Shown here piece after piece: positions 46,755-64,000 of a stretch of DNA of 64,000 nt (positions are counted from its first letter, which is position 1; each line of letters starts with the position of its first letter). The stretch lies in assembly GCF_009914755.1 (NCBI RefSeq), contig NC_060946.1, one strand, 5' to 3'. Below the pieces are notes generated by a model that saw only the letters and a list, made by a program, of their open reading frames with translations, was not told the DNA's origin and made no database searches. This DNA comes from the human T2T-CHM13v2.0 reference genome, Homo sapiens. The position numbers and the translations under genes are program-made.

Positions 46755-47665
46755 CTTTTTTTATTTTTAATTGTTTTCAGAGACTGGGTCTCACCCTATC
46801 ACCCAGGCTGGAGAGGTGATCACAGCTCACCGTAGCCTTGAACTCCTGGGTTCAAGGGTTCCTCTTGCCTTAGTCTTCTCACTAGCTGAGACTGCAGGCC
46901 CACGCCAGCACACCTGGCTAATTTTACAAAAATTGTTTTGGAGAGACGTGGTCTTGCCATCTTGCCTAGGCTGGTGTGGAACTCCTGGGTTCAAGCAAAC
47001 CTCCCACCTTGGCCACCCTAAGTGTTGGGATTACAGGCGTGACCCATTGTGCCCAGCCTAAACTTTTTTGTTTTTTTTTTAATGCTGAGCTGTACACAGA
47101 AGAAAGTAAAGGTCTTGGTCAAGCCTAGGAAAGAAGTATGCAAAGAAACTGGTGGCAGGCTGGATGTGGGCATATTTCGGGGCTTTGGAAGGTGAGGAGG
47201 AGAGGATTGCTTGAGGCCGAGAGTTCGAGACCAGCCTGGGCAACATAACGAGAACCTGTCTGTACAGATAAACATTTTATAATTAGCCAGGTGTATGTAC
47301 CCTAGAACTTAAAGTATAATAAAAAAAATAAAATAAAATTCGCCAAGTGTGGTGGTGCGCACCTGTAGTCTCAGCTACTTGAGAGGCTGAGGCAGGGGGA
47401 TCTCCTGAGTCCAGGTGTTTGAGGCTGCAGTGAGCTAGGATCACACCACTGTTCTCCAGCCTGGGCTACAAAGCGAGACTCTGTCTCTAAAGAAAAACAT
47501 ACTGGTGGCATTGTCAAGATTTGTCAAGAAATAGCCATTATGCTGGGCCCAGTGGTGTGCACCTGTAGTGCCAGCTTTTCAGGAGGCTGAAGTGGAAGAA
47601 TCTCTTGAGCCTAGGAGTTTGAGTTCAGTCTGGGGAGCATTGCAAGAGCCCAGTCTCAAAAATAT
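46755..47665. mobile_element. AluJ-like elements (- 46755-47058; + about 47200-47498, interrupted by a tiny L1 tail) and an Alu monomer (+ about 47543-47663)
   Basis: Alu consensus motifs. Confidence 0.85.
47295..47336 (+). mobile_element. Extremely 5'-truncated L1PA (26 nt plus poly(A)) inside an Alu linker
   Basis: atgtaccctagaacttaaagtataat plus A tail. TSD aattagccaggtgt (47281-47294) / aattcgccaagtgt (47337-47350). Confidence 0.85.
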
Positions 47666-48419
47666 TAGGTCAATAAGATTTATTTTAATTAAACAAGAAA
47701 AAGAAATATCTGCTAAAATTTAAAGCTCTTCTATTCTTCCTCTGTCTCTTCTAGTGTTCTTGGGGAAGATCCCGACTTAGCCATTTTCCAGTGGCACCTC
47801 TTCCACCATGAGTTCCTGAGGCAGTCCGATGGGGCTACTTTATTCCAGAACAATCACAGTGAGACCTTTTCTCCCAATAAATGCCCCTTTTCTCTCCTTA
47901 ATATATTCTCTTGCTTACAAAACACTGGTGTCTCCTTATCATGGTTTGGTTCTACCCCACTGGGCCCAAGAATTCTTGCCCAGGAGCAACTGAATTTTCT
48001 TCTTGCTTGCTTTTTAAAACTTTGGTGGGGTAGAGCCAATTTTAAATCTTCTGATCCATTTTTTCATTGCTTTTCTCGCCCTTCTGCATTTTCTGCAAAT
48101 TCCGTTGAATCATTGCAGTTACTTAGGTTTGCTTCATCTCCCCCATTACAAACTACTTGCTGGAGTTTTCAACCCTAGTTCCCTCATTTTTATGATTTAT
48201 GCTCATTTCTTTGTACACTTCGTCTTGCTCCATCTCCCAACTCATGGCCTCTGGCCCTGGATTATTGTTTTAGCCTTTTATTTTTTGTCTTCTTCTACCT
48301 CAACACTTATCTTCCTCTCCCAGTCTCCTGTACCCTATCACCAAGGTTGTCATTAACCTTTCATATTATTCCTCATTATCCATGTATTCATTTGCAAATA
48401 AGCGTATATTAACAAAATC

Positions 48420-49100
48420 ACAGGTTTATGGAGATACAATTCACATACCTTAAAATTCAGGCTTTTAAAGTGTACCTTTCATGTGGTTTTTGGTATATTC
48501 ACAAAGTTATGCATTGATCACCACCATCTGATTCCATAACATGTTCAATACCTCAAAAAGAAGTCTGTACTCATTAGTAGCCATTTCACATTCACCATTC
48601 CCTCTGGCTCTGGGCAGTCACTGATCTTTGTGTCTCTATGGATTTGCCTAGTCTAGGTATTTTTATGTAAATGGAATCATACAACATGTGACCTTTTGTT
48701 TGGCTTTTTTCATTTAGCAAAATGTTATTAAGGTCTATTCCTGTTGTAGCATGTATTAGCACTTCATTTCTTATATGCTGAATTTTATACTTTATTTGTC
48801 CATCAGTTGTTCATGCTTTATTTGTCCATCAGTTGATGAACATTTGCGTTTTTGCCACTTTGGGCTATTATGAATAATGCTACTGTGAACAAGTGTGTAC
48901 AAGTTCCTCTGCAAATTTTTGTGTGGACATATCCTTTCAGTTCTCTCAGGTGTATATCTGGGAGTTGAATTGCTGGGTCGTGTAGTAGCTACGTTAAACA
49001 TTTTGAGAAACTGCTAAAATGTTCTCCAGAGCTGTACCATTTTACATTCTGTGTGTGAGGATTCCACGTTCTCCACTTCCTCACCAGTGTATGGATTTGG
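48420..49100 (-). mobile_element. Old L1M (L1MB-like) 3' fragment
   Basis: tctctatggatttgcct...aatggaatcatacaac...gaataatgctactgtgaac. Confidence 0.8.
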
Positions 49101-49114
49101 GGGTATACTTTTTA

Positions 49115-54635
<5,521 letters not shown>

Positions 54636-55522
54636 GAATGTGGAAAGTAAAATGTGAAAGTTCCCCTCCTTGTCTATGCCCCTTATTGACTTTGATATAG
54701 ATTCTTTATAGTTTGGTATATATTCTTCCAGACCCTTTTCTGTGTATATACTTACACAAATATATTTTTTCTGACATAAATGGAATCATGCAGAACATAT
54801 TGTTCAACAACTTGATTTTAAAGGGATGATTTACTTCACTATTTTTTCAGGCTTAATTTTATGGCTATATCAGAACTGATTTGGTTATTTTATAGCTGGC
54901 TGAAGCTGTAATTTGTGAAATCACTGGGGAGTAGTGAGCCTCCTTCCATAACTATATAACAATAAATTTTGCTATATCAGGAGAGCAAGTCATAATAAAA
55001 ATATTACCCTTAAATCTTAATGTATTTAGTGAGAATAATTGACTTGTTTATTCTGCATATTTTCTTCAAAAAACACATAAATTCATCAAATTAAGCACGT
55101 TCGTATTTTATTGACTATTTTGCTATAATTTTGAAATTATGTTAAATTAAAATGAAGCCTGTTTGAAACCTGTTAAGATGACAACCATAAATACTTAGTT
55201 TTGTGTCTAATTCAGTTAAGCGTTCTTGTTTGTTCATGGACCAGAAAAAAAGTTTTCCTGTGTTTTCAATTCCCAAGTGACTCCTCCAGATAGAATGAAC
55301 TGGACCCGAGTAGTCTTTAAGGTTGCTGGCTACGGGCTCAGCATTTAAGACTTTAACCCAAAGGAAGAGAACTTTTTTTCTCAAGCCCTGCAGCAACAGT
55401 TATTGCTGTAAAAAGATTATCATTTCAAAGTGTTGGGTTACTTCTCACGTTCATGGGAATGACTTTCTTTAAAACCTCTGGGAGCAAGAGCAGTTTCTTG
55501 GATGGCTCATCTTTAGACCTGA

Positions 55523-57750
55523 TTTTTTTTTTTTTTTTTTTTTTTTTTTGTTCAGACATTTATTGAGCACTTCTTAAGGGCCAGGCATGGTGTGAGGCAC
55601 TGGGATGTAACAGTGATTATGACAAAGTCCCTCAAGGAGCTCACAGTCTAATGGTAAACTACAGAGTAAACTGAGGCACAGAGTGGTAAATGACTTACCC
55701 AATGAGGTAGAAATAGCTAGGTATGTGAAAATGTGGGAGCAGAGCTGGAGAGAGGGCAAGGTACAACTTGTCCTAAGTAAAACCCCTTGGACTGACTCAA
55801 CAGCAAGGCTGCATACACAAACATTACAAAATCTACTTGCAAAAACCTGAAAGGAGTTTCCAATTATCACCATGACTGAATTCATGTTTCACAATGAATT
55901 CAGCTATTTCCTGATGGCATTTCTATCCTTGCCTCCAAAGCCACTGGGCATGCCACTGATCTGCTGGGAGACAGCAATTAGGTAGACAGCTTAAAACCAA
56001 GAAGTATCTGACTCCAATTTTAGCACTGAAAACCATATTAAAATACTTTAATTAAATCCACAAACATAAATGTGTAGCACATTTATGATACTTCTACATG
56101 TAGAAGTTTGGAAAAAGTCTCTTCTAACCCTCATCCAGAGGATTCTAATAAGTTATAGATACCAAAGAGATTAGAGAATTTGTCTGTCACTTTCCACATA
56201 TACATTATTTTGGCTGTACAAGAGTGAAAAGTGTCACTCAGACATATTTCGTAAGTAATCTCAACATTATACAGATATATACAAAGACATCACATTTAAA
56301 TTCGTGTGTACATCTATGCAATGTACAACAGTAACTGCAAACATGAACCAGTGTAAGGCAATTTCTTTTGTGACATATGACATACTCCTTGAAGGGAAGG
56401 GTAGAGTCCACAAAGAACTGTCCTTTTCAGCCTGACTGTCTGTCTTCATGACACTCTGTGATGAAGCTACTTCAGGAGGCAAGATGTCTATTTCACTGAC
56501 AAAAAGCAGTGAATAATTATAAAAGGAGTTGTTTTCAAATGTGGAAACCACAATTACTCAGTAATCTAAGTGGTGAACTCCTCAAAGACACTACTGGCCA
56601 TGATGCCGCTACTGAGAACGAGAGCACTTCATGGATAATTTATTGCTCTGAGAATCAAATTTGATGCGTAATTCTCCAGGAAGATATTCCCAAAAAACTC
56701 AGTGATACATAAATTCTCAAATGCCATCAGTTGCTTACTTCAAGCAATTCTTCACTTTGCTGAGGATTTTCTTCTTCCTCAGGGCCTTCTGGATGAGTGC
56801 TCTCAGATGAAGAGGTCCTGACACCTTCAGACCTTTTGTTACTGGTCTGACCCTGCTCCACTTCTCACAAATAGACATCGATAGGTCCGTTGGTGCTCCT
56901 TATGTGCACTGTGATAGAGTCTTCTCTGGGAGCTGGAACATCCAATCTGGTTTCTGCTGGAGCTTTAACTGCAATGACGATCTGTTCATGGAAGGCCTGA
57001 ATGCTATGAATGTCTTGATAGGTCACATATGCTAGTCTTTCATTTTCTTTGTCATCTGTTAACTCAAACAGCTGCTGAGCACAATCCTTAATTAACTCAT
57101 CCAAAGCATCTTCCATTGCTGGTAAGTCAGCAAGTTCCTCCTGTAGCTTCTTTTGTTGGGGAACTGCTCCAAAATTGCTAAGATCAGATCCTATCCATCT
57201 AATATGGTTCTTGGATTTCTTTTCAACGAGGTCGATTCCATCTAAGACATCGGTGATGTCATACACTCTCCGCTTTCGGACTCCCAGTTTCGTTGCAACC
57301 TTGTTTAAGTCAAGAATACCCCCGGGAGCAGATTTCTCATGGACACATATTGTACATTATCTTCTAAATTAATCCTTATTTTTGATGGCAGCAGGCCCTC
57401 CACGTTGATGGGGTCTCCTCCGTCGGGTGCAGGAGGAGACTGGGTAATCTCCTCGCCGGCCGCTGCTGACTCATGCTGCCCGGCCGGGCGTCCTGCTCCC
57501 CTCGCACCCCACGAGCTCTCCCGCCCTCTCGCGCTCAGCTCGAGCACCGCCCCCCACGCGCCGATTTCCAAGGGCCCAGCACCTAAGGGGTCCGCGGCCT
57601 CCTCCGAGGCGTCGCCCGGCTAGGCCGTCCCTCCCGCCAGTAAACGCGGCACGGCCTCACGTGCCCGGGAGCTCCCGACGCAGACGGAAAAGGAGCAGGG
57701 AGACCCGCGGATCTCAAGTCGCCCGGCCCGCCATCTTCCCGCATGCGCAG
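55523..57750 (-). pseudogene. E2F6P: Processed E2F6 pseudogene (5'UTR, disrupted CDS 57474-56727, 3'UTR, poly(A)); paralog undetermined
   Basis: Intronless MSQQRPAR..., [28 protein letters not shown]...GPIDVYL. Two frameshifting gaps and a premature TGA at 56865-56867. AATAAA on - at 55559-55564; A27 tail at 55523-55549. Confidence 0.96.
55550..55700 (-). mobile_element. L2 3'-end fragment at the end of the E2F6P 3'UTR
   Basis: ttcagacatttattgagcacttct...ccaggcatggtgtgaggcactggg...ctcaaggagctcacagtctaatgg. Confidence 0.7.
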
Positions 57751-60700
57751 TCAAAATAGTTGCTCTTCTGGAGAGATGGCTGTGGGATTCATGTGTCATA
57801 GGCATCCCTTCTTAAACATCAGTGTTTGACTTTCTATCCCTTGTCCTGAGACCTCTGAGGGTAGCCCCTGTTTTAGCAGAATCTACTTCTAATACTTTCC
57901 TAAGAAGGCTTTCCCAAGAAGTTCATTCAACAAATAACCGAGTGCCTTCTACAAGCACTCATTGTTCTGTTATCTCCGGTGCCACAGAATTCACAGTTAA
58001 AATCATGGCTAACATTTTAAGTCGTCACCTGATATGTATTTTTAATCTTTAATAAATAGAAGCATTAATTAAATACACTGTGACATTCGGGAACTCTTTT
58101 TTATTCCTAAGGTACATCTTTTTTCTTGCCATTACTTAACCTCTTTTCTTCCTGTTTTGTTCTCAGCTCTCCTTTACAGCCATGAGTTACCAATGCCCGG
58201 TGCCACCACGAAGAGGGGGTATCTGTAGGAGTAAGATGATGAATAGCAGTGGTAAGGGGAGAGCGAGGAGAAGGGAGGGGGCTCTGAGGAGGCTAAAGGG
58301 CAAACTTTTATTCTTGAAAATACACAAATATCCCAAGTCCTGGGTGTGTGGAACGTCCTTATTACTGCTGGGGATGTTGCTTGTCTGTGGGAATTGGGAA
58401 TTTCACACCTAGCTCTGAATTTCTAGGAAGCCCGAACAAAAGAGAAATAGAAATAGAGAAATCACATACTTCCCACCAGAGAGGAGACACCATCCATACC
58501 AGAGGAGACTCGTATGGGGGGTGGTGAGGATAAGGCCGATCCATCTTCCCCACCTCATACTCTGCCTCCTGCAGTGTGGCCTCCCTGAGGGCGCCCTGGC
58601 AAGGGAGGGTGTGGGACCCTCATCAGTATGGCTCTTACAAATTCCCAGAAGCTGCTGTAGCAGCTCAAAGAGGGGCAGGCTCTTCCAGGTCTGTTCCTTG
58701 CCAGATGCCCTCTCCCAGCCTGGGGTTAACCCTAAGCAGGCATTGATCTGCACTTTGCTCAGAGTCACTGGTGACCTCCCAGGTAGCCAAGAGCTTCCCC
58801 CTTCTCCGTGAGCCCTCTGAGACTGCAGGTCCCAGACGGTTGTAAATTCTGCCTGGTGGAAATTGCCAAGGCTCCAAAGCAGGCACCTGCTGCCCTCAGG
58901 AGCCTCTGTGCAGGGCCATTCTTCTCCCTGCAAGCAGCACTTCTCGGAGACCTTTCTGGTTTTCCTCTTCAGCTTTGTTTGGCAGTGGTTTGGTGTTGGT
59001 TTGGAGATGGTGGTGTGTTGGGAATTATGCTTCACATAGATGGACATGTTTGTTAGCGGGAGGAATGATGGTGCAGATATTCATTCCGGGCTTACCCCAA
59101 ACTAGGTAACCCTTTATGACATTGTTTAGAGATGATTTGCTGAACAGTTTCATAATGCCTTCTGATGTTTCAGTACAAAAAATAGCTTGCTGAACAATGT
59201 TACAATCTGTCTTCTGATATTTCATTACAAAGAAGCAAGAGCACATTCTGAGCACCCTGCCCAGTGCTTTCACCTTGTCTCTGTTGGAGCAGGTGATTGG
59301 TTCCAGCTCTGCGTTTTGGCACCTCTGTGGCTGGGCATCCCTCTGAACTGTGCACTTCTAGAAGGGAGCAACAAGATAGAGAACTAATATGCCTCTAGGC
59401 CTGAGTTCATTTTGGAAAAATCTTTGTAGATTTCTTGCCCAATCCTCTTATTTTAAAGGTGAATTGTCCTAGAGGGAAGAAAAAGACCATGGTGACCTGG
59501 GTGGGTAAAGGGTGGAAGTAGTACTGGAAAACGCCCCTAACAGGAGATGAGAAAGAGACTCTGGTGCACGTCATCTTTGTTTTAATTAAAACGTTATGCA
59601 ATACAAACATTCGCCTTCCCACTCTTCCCCCTACCACAGAGGAGCTGTAATTTCCCATATTTGGAATTTGGGGAGAGCTGGGCCTCATTTGAAGATAAGG
59701 CCAGATTCAGTCTCTGATTTGGGGGGAAGTAAGTAATTGAGAGAGCCTTGAGGACTGTGGTATTTATGGTGAATATATCAGAACTATGTGTGCCTCCTTG
59801 TCATCATTTATTCAACACCTCTGATGTCCTAGAGCTGGTGCTATGCCCATCAGTATCTGACTCTTGTTTTCTTCTGCATATTTTCCCTTTTGCAAATGTA
59901 TAGGCATTCAGCTTTAATCAGGTAGGCTTTTTACTCTGTGATCTGCAACGGGGATGACTGAAGTCATGTGGAGGATTTTAAGTAACTAATCTCTTAAGAC
60001 ATTCAGAGCATAATCTTCCCTAGCCCGTGATCATCCTGCCTGCATCCGAGAGATTTGTGAGGCTCTGCAAAGGAGGCTGGATGTGGACTTTGGCATCCTT
60101 TGGAGAGACTGGGTGTCTTCCTTGCTGGTGACAGGTTTTTGTTTGCTTTTGGCATGGGAACAGGACCTGCTGTTCATTTACCATGTCAAGAGAGTTCAAG
60201 ATGCCCCATGAATGTGACCAGTGTGTTACTAAATCTCCGTACTGGTACAGAGAACAATGGCAGGCCAAACACACATGAAGACCCTGTCTAGGCTCATTGA
60301 TGTTTATGCAGTTTGTGTCCAGGGCTGGTTCTCAGGGAGAAAAATAGATAAGATCTGCAAAATAGATAAGAGAGGACTGCTGGTCAGTGGTGTTCCCTGA
60401 CATTTTTCCCTGAATGATACCAGGTTAATCAAAAGATAAGGATCTAAAATATTTTTGTGCTCTGCTTATAATTTGAATGTGACTTCATATGTGTGTCATC
60501 TGTTGGACTAAATTGGATTGCAGTTGCTCTTCAAATTGTCATTCCTTTATTTTCTATTTCTACCTACCTCCTGATGTTAGCTCAGGTTCCTGCTACCAAG
60601 GTGTCTTGCAAAAAAATTTGGTGACTATTACTCTAAGTGAAGCCTTTGATACTTTCTCTTAATACAATGGTTAAACCTCTAACAACGTAGACTAATGAGG

Positions 60701-62599
60701 AAGATTAGTTTGAATTAGTAAAATGTCTGAATTACCAAATATTTTTCAAGAACTTCACTGTTATTACTTTTAAGTAAATACTGTAACTCAAACTAGGCTA
60801 ATAGAATGCCTAATAAAGATCCTTAGGGGATCCTGCTTTAGGAGAGAAATAAGAATGATTTGCAATTAGTGCACCAATTGTTTATGTAAATGGAATTTCT
60901 GAAATACTAGACTGAGCTTGAAAACCGTTTGTTCCCTTAAGTATTTTAAATAGTCCCTACGGAACCCCTGTGCATGCTGGTAGTTGTTTATATGCTGTAT
61001 AGAGACCTGTTTCATGAAGACATAACTCAACCTTATATCATCAGTATCAGAAATTCCAAGTTAGTGATGGCCAGGATCCTCACCTTCCAAGATTAGATTA
61101 GATCTCTCTGCCAAACGCTTCCATAGCACATGCAATTGTCTGTTGTAACACTAATCAATACATTTAACAAATATATGATGTATTCTGCTATATGCTTTGC
61201 CAGTGTGTGAAATGGAGGAGACATAACCCTCATCTTTGTGTAGTTTATAGGCTAGCAAAGAAGTCAGGCAGTAAACAAATAAATGCATTTATAATTAATT
61301 ACAATCCTGAAGTTAGATTGTACTTTTGTAAGTAATGGTTTAATCAACTAGATTTTAAGTTCCATTAAGATAGGGGTTACTTCTGTGTTGTTTGTCATGG
61401 TGTCCCAAATCCTTCCTTAGCCTACTGCCTGGCATAGAGTAAATATTAAGTTGAGCTTTATTGCCATTTTGATAGGTCAGAAGCAGTCGAATGTCAATAA
61501 TGTCACATAGTTCAACCTAATAGTTGCTCAGTCAATATGTATTGAATGTTGAATGCATGTTGTAATCAGTGATCCTATGGTAGGCTGCATTTCACACAGT
61601 TTTCTCTAGCCAAAGAAATGCTAGCTATGGTTTTGAAAAGGAATTCTAAAACTTCAAACAGCTAAAACTGGTGATATAGACTGTGGGACTGGAGATCTGT
61701 GAGACTGGAGTGCCTTTTGTCCAGTATATTTTCTATGCAGTTCTTGGTACATTTCCCAGCCTCAGGTGGGAGCATGTGTATTTGGGTCTGGAGTGCTTGT
61801 CAGTAGCCCAAAGAACCTGGGAAGAGTATGCTGGAAAGCTAAGATGGAAGGCAGGGATAGGAGCTGTTTGGCCTGAAGAAGAAAGTGGCAGGAAAGATAT
61901 TGGCATAGCCAAAGAAGCCTTCCCTTTAAGTCCTAGTGTAGGGAGACTTACTTTTCCAGACCAGAGCTCATGAGATCATGCACTCATTCCACAGATTTGT
62001 GTGAGTCTGTGATGCGCTCAGTTATGGCTAGGCATGGGCGTTCCTTATTGTGAGCTTCCTTTTTGTGCCTGGAACTTCTGTCTGAAGGGTTGTGGGCTGG
62101 ACTGTAGACCACTGGTCCTCAGAGGCAAGGGTTGAACTGAGGAGAAAGCCCCAGCTGGATCCTGCTGGGAGAAGCCCAGCACTCTGGCCTGGGGCCTGCT
62201 CCCTATCTGTGGAACTGGGAGTAGGGCCCAGGCTAGGGCTTAGATCAGAGCTTCCCAAACCTTCTGTGTTAAGAACGTTTTTGCATCTGTTTGGATTTCA
62301 TGGCTGTTTTTCCATTTTCCGTGCACACATGTCCAATTGTACCACCCTATTATAATGCACACTCTTTTCTCACACCCACAGGATAATTTGTAGTTCCACA
62401 GCTATTTGTTGAGCATCCTCATCTGCCAGCACAGGATGGGGGTGGCAAGTGAGGGGAAACACAGATATGTGGTATTGGTCCCTGCCTGTGGTAGACGTGA
62501 TTGGTTACCTACAGTGGCTCTTCTTTTCTCTTCCTGCTGGCAGGACCCAGTTGGGTTGGATGCCACACCTCTCCCACACGCCACTCAAGGAAAGGTGAC

Positions 62600-62970
62600 C
62601 CTGCCTCCAGCTCTAGGGTATGTGCTGATTGAGCTGAGCCCATCCTGGAGGCCCGTAGTTTAGACATGGTTTTGGCCACTGAGGTATGAGAAGTCTGCTG
62701 GGAGATGCTGGGAAAGATGTTTTTCCTTGTAAAAGGAAATGCAGAAGGGACAGCTTCTTTCACTAGATTCTCGGACGTGAAGCAGCCATCTTGTTGCAAT
62801 GAGGAAAGCAGGTTTGTTGAGGCCAGCAGACGGGAAGAGATGGGAAAAACCCTGAGGGCCAAGCCCCTGAAGACTGAAGCGTCCAATCTCCATACATTTT
62901 GTCCTCACTGTTGAAGCCAGTTGAGTGGGAATTTTCTACTACTTATAGTCGAAGGCAACCTATATTAGAC
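62600..62970 (+). mobile_element. MaLR (MLT1-type) LTR fragment
   Basis: gcagccatcttgttgcaatgagg...aagccagttgagtgggaattttctactactt. Boundaries approximate. Confidence 0.5.
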
Positions 62971-63769
62971 ACTCCCTCAAAGGAGCATGAAATAGGATTT
63001 CTTCTTGTACCATTCAGATTATCATCAAAAAGCACATTATTCAGAGACAGAGCTTAGCTTTGTGGTAAGGCAGAAAGGAGAGGGGAAAGCAAGTTGGTAG
63101 GAAAGAGTTGAGTGAGGAGATTGTATTTTAAATGGGTCCTGAGGGAGGATTAGGATTTGTGTGGGAGGAGCAGAAGGGCGTTCTGGGGAAAGGAATGGTG
63201 GCATGAGCAAACCTGTGAAGACAGGTATGGATGTGGCACTGCCAAAAAACAGGGAGATTATGTCCTGACTAATTCCATGGACAGATTCTAGAGCACCTCA
63301 AATTGTGAGTTTATATGGTGACACGTGACTTATGCAGCGGGAAAAGTATTGCAGGCTCATGAATGGGGGAGAAAGGAATGAAAGTGGGCCTTGGGAAGAA
63401 GGATAAGGATTAAGTAGCTGGGTACCAGGTTCTTTGGAAGGGGAAAAAAGTAAAAGGCCAGTGACAAGCTCAAGCTACTGAAATAACTCACATTTGAGTT
63501 GATAGCAGTGCGGGGAGGGAGTGAAGCTGTCAAAGGAAGATTGTAATAAATTAACTGGCAAAGAAGGGTAAGATGGATATCTAGGAGAGGAAGATGGAAG
63601 AGGAAGATTTTAGGAAGATGCTGTTTGCTTTTTGCCACTATGGCTTTGAGGTAATGAGGAAAGATCTAAGTAATGAGGCGTTGAATTCATTTGAAAATAG
63701 GGCTAGACTTTGGGAATGAGAGGCCAAGGGTTAAGAGGATGTGGTAGAGGCAACTCACTAGGCATGCAC

Positions 63770-64000
63770 ATACTCCAGATTTTCCAGCCTCCCTCACAGT
63801 TCAGTTGGGGCCATGTGACTAGTGTTAGTCAATGAAGTGGGAGAGGAAGGAACCAGGGAAGAGCCATGTATTCCTCCATTGATTCCTCCCATGCCACAGC
63901 AGCCTTGGGCTAGGGCCAGAAAGTGTGGCTGCCAAGACGGGGAGGGCTGTCCTTCCAGGACCAGACTTTGACGGTTGTTGCTCAGCTGGGAAATGCTGGT
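63770..64000 (+). mobile_element. MaLR (MLT1-type) LTR fragment
   Basis: tttccagcctccctcacagttcagttggggccatgtgactag...caatgaagtggg. Confidence 0.5.

Noticed and set aside
58409-59047. 212-aa minus-strand ORF
   Set aside because: No recognisable domain, non-ATG start and no supporting exon structure.
60020-60340. Protein-like readings (PACIREICEALQRRLDVDFGILW...)
   Set aside because: Interrupted by stops and not assignable to any family I recognise. A BLASTX search would be needed.

Overview
Eukaryotic (human/great-ape type) genomic DNA. The mosaic of modules matches a chromosome 22q11.2 low-copy repeat (LCR22); which paralogous copy cannot be decided from the sequence alone. From left to right: (1) an HSATI-like satellite + truncated Alu + AT-rich cassette (1-1109); (2) the 3' part of a FAM230-family gene on + (small exons from 2648, then a large 27-bp tandem-repeat exon interrupted by a young L1, then an exon at 18614); (3) repeat-rich spacer DNA; (4) an unprocessed 5'-truncated BCR pseudogene on + (last five exons, RhoGAP domain, 31058-34886); (5) a dense Alu cluster; (6) a POM121L-family ORF on - with an internal 930-bp duplication and a CpG-rich upstream region; (7) a duplicated nested inverted-Alu cassette; (8) a processed E2F6 pseudogene on - (55523-57750); (9) old MaLR LTR-type repeats. 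There are no prokaryotic features (no CRISPR, rRNA or tRNA). The modules are known families, so I do not claim a new system with certainty. The best leads are: a hand-spliced FAM230 exon chain that stays open for about 482 codons in an acidic repeat frame the ORF track does not show; a BCR pseudogene whose five exons still splice into an intact 210-aa RhoGAP frame; and an RFX X-box plus MYB-motif cluster upstream of POM121L, pointing antisense toward the BCR copy. Family assignments rest on my recall of the sequences, not on database searches. Coordinates were counted by hand, and boundaries of old repeats are approximate.
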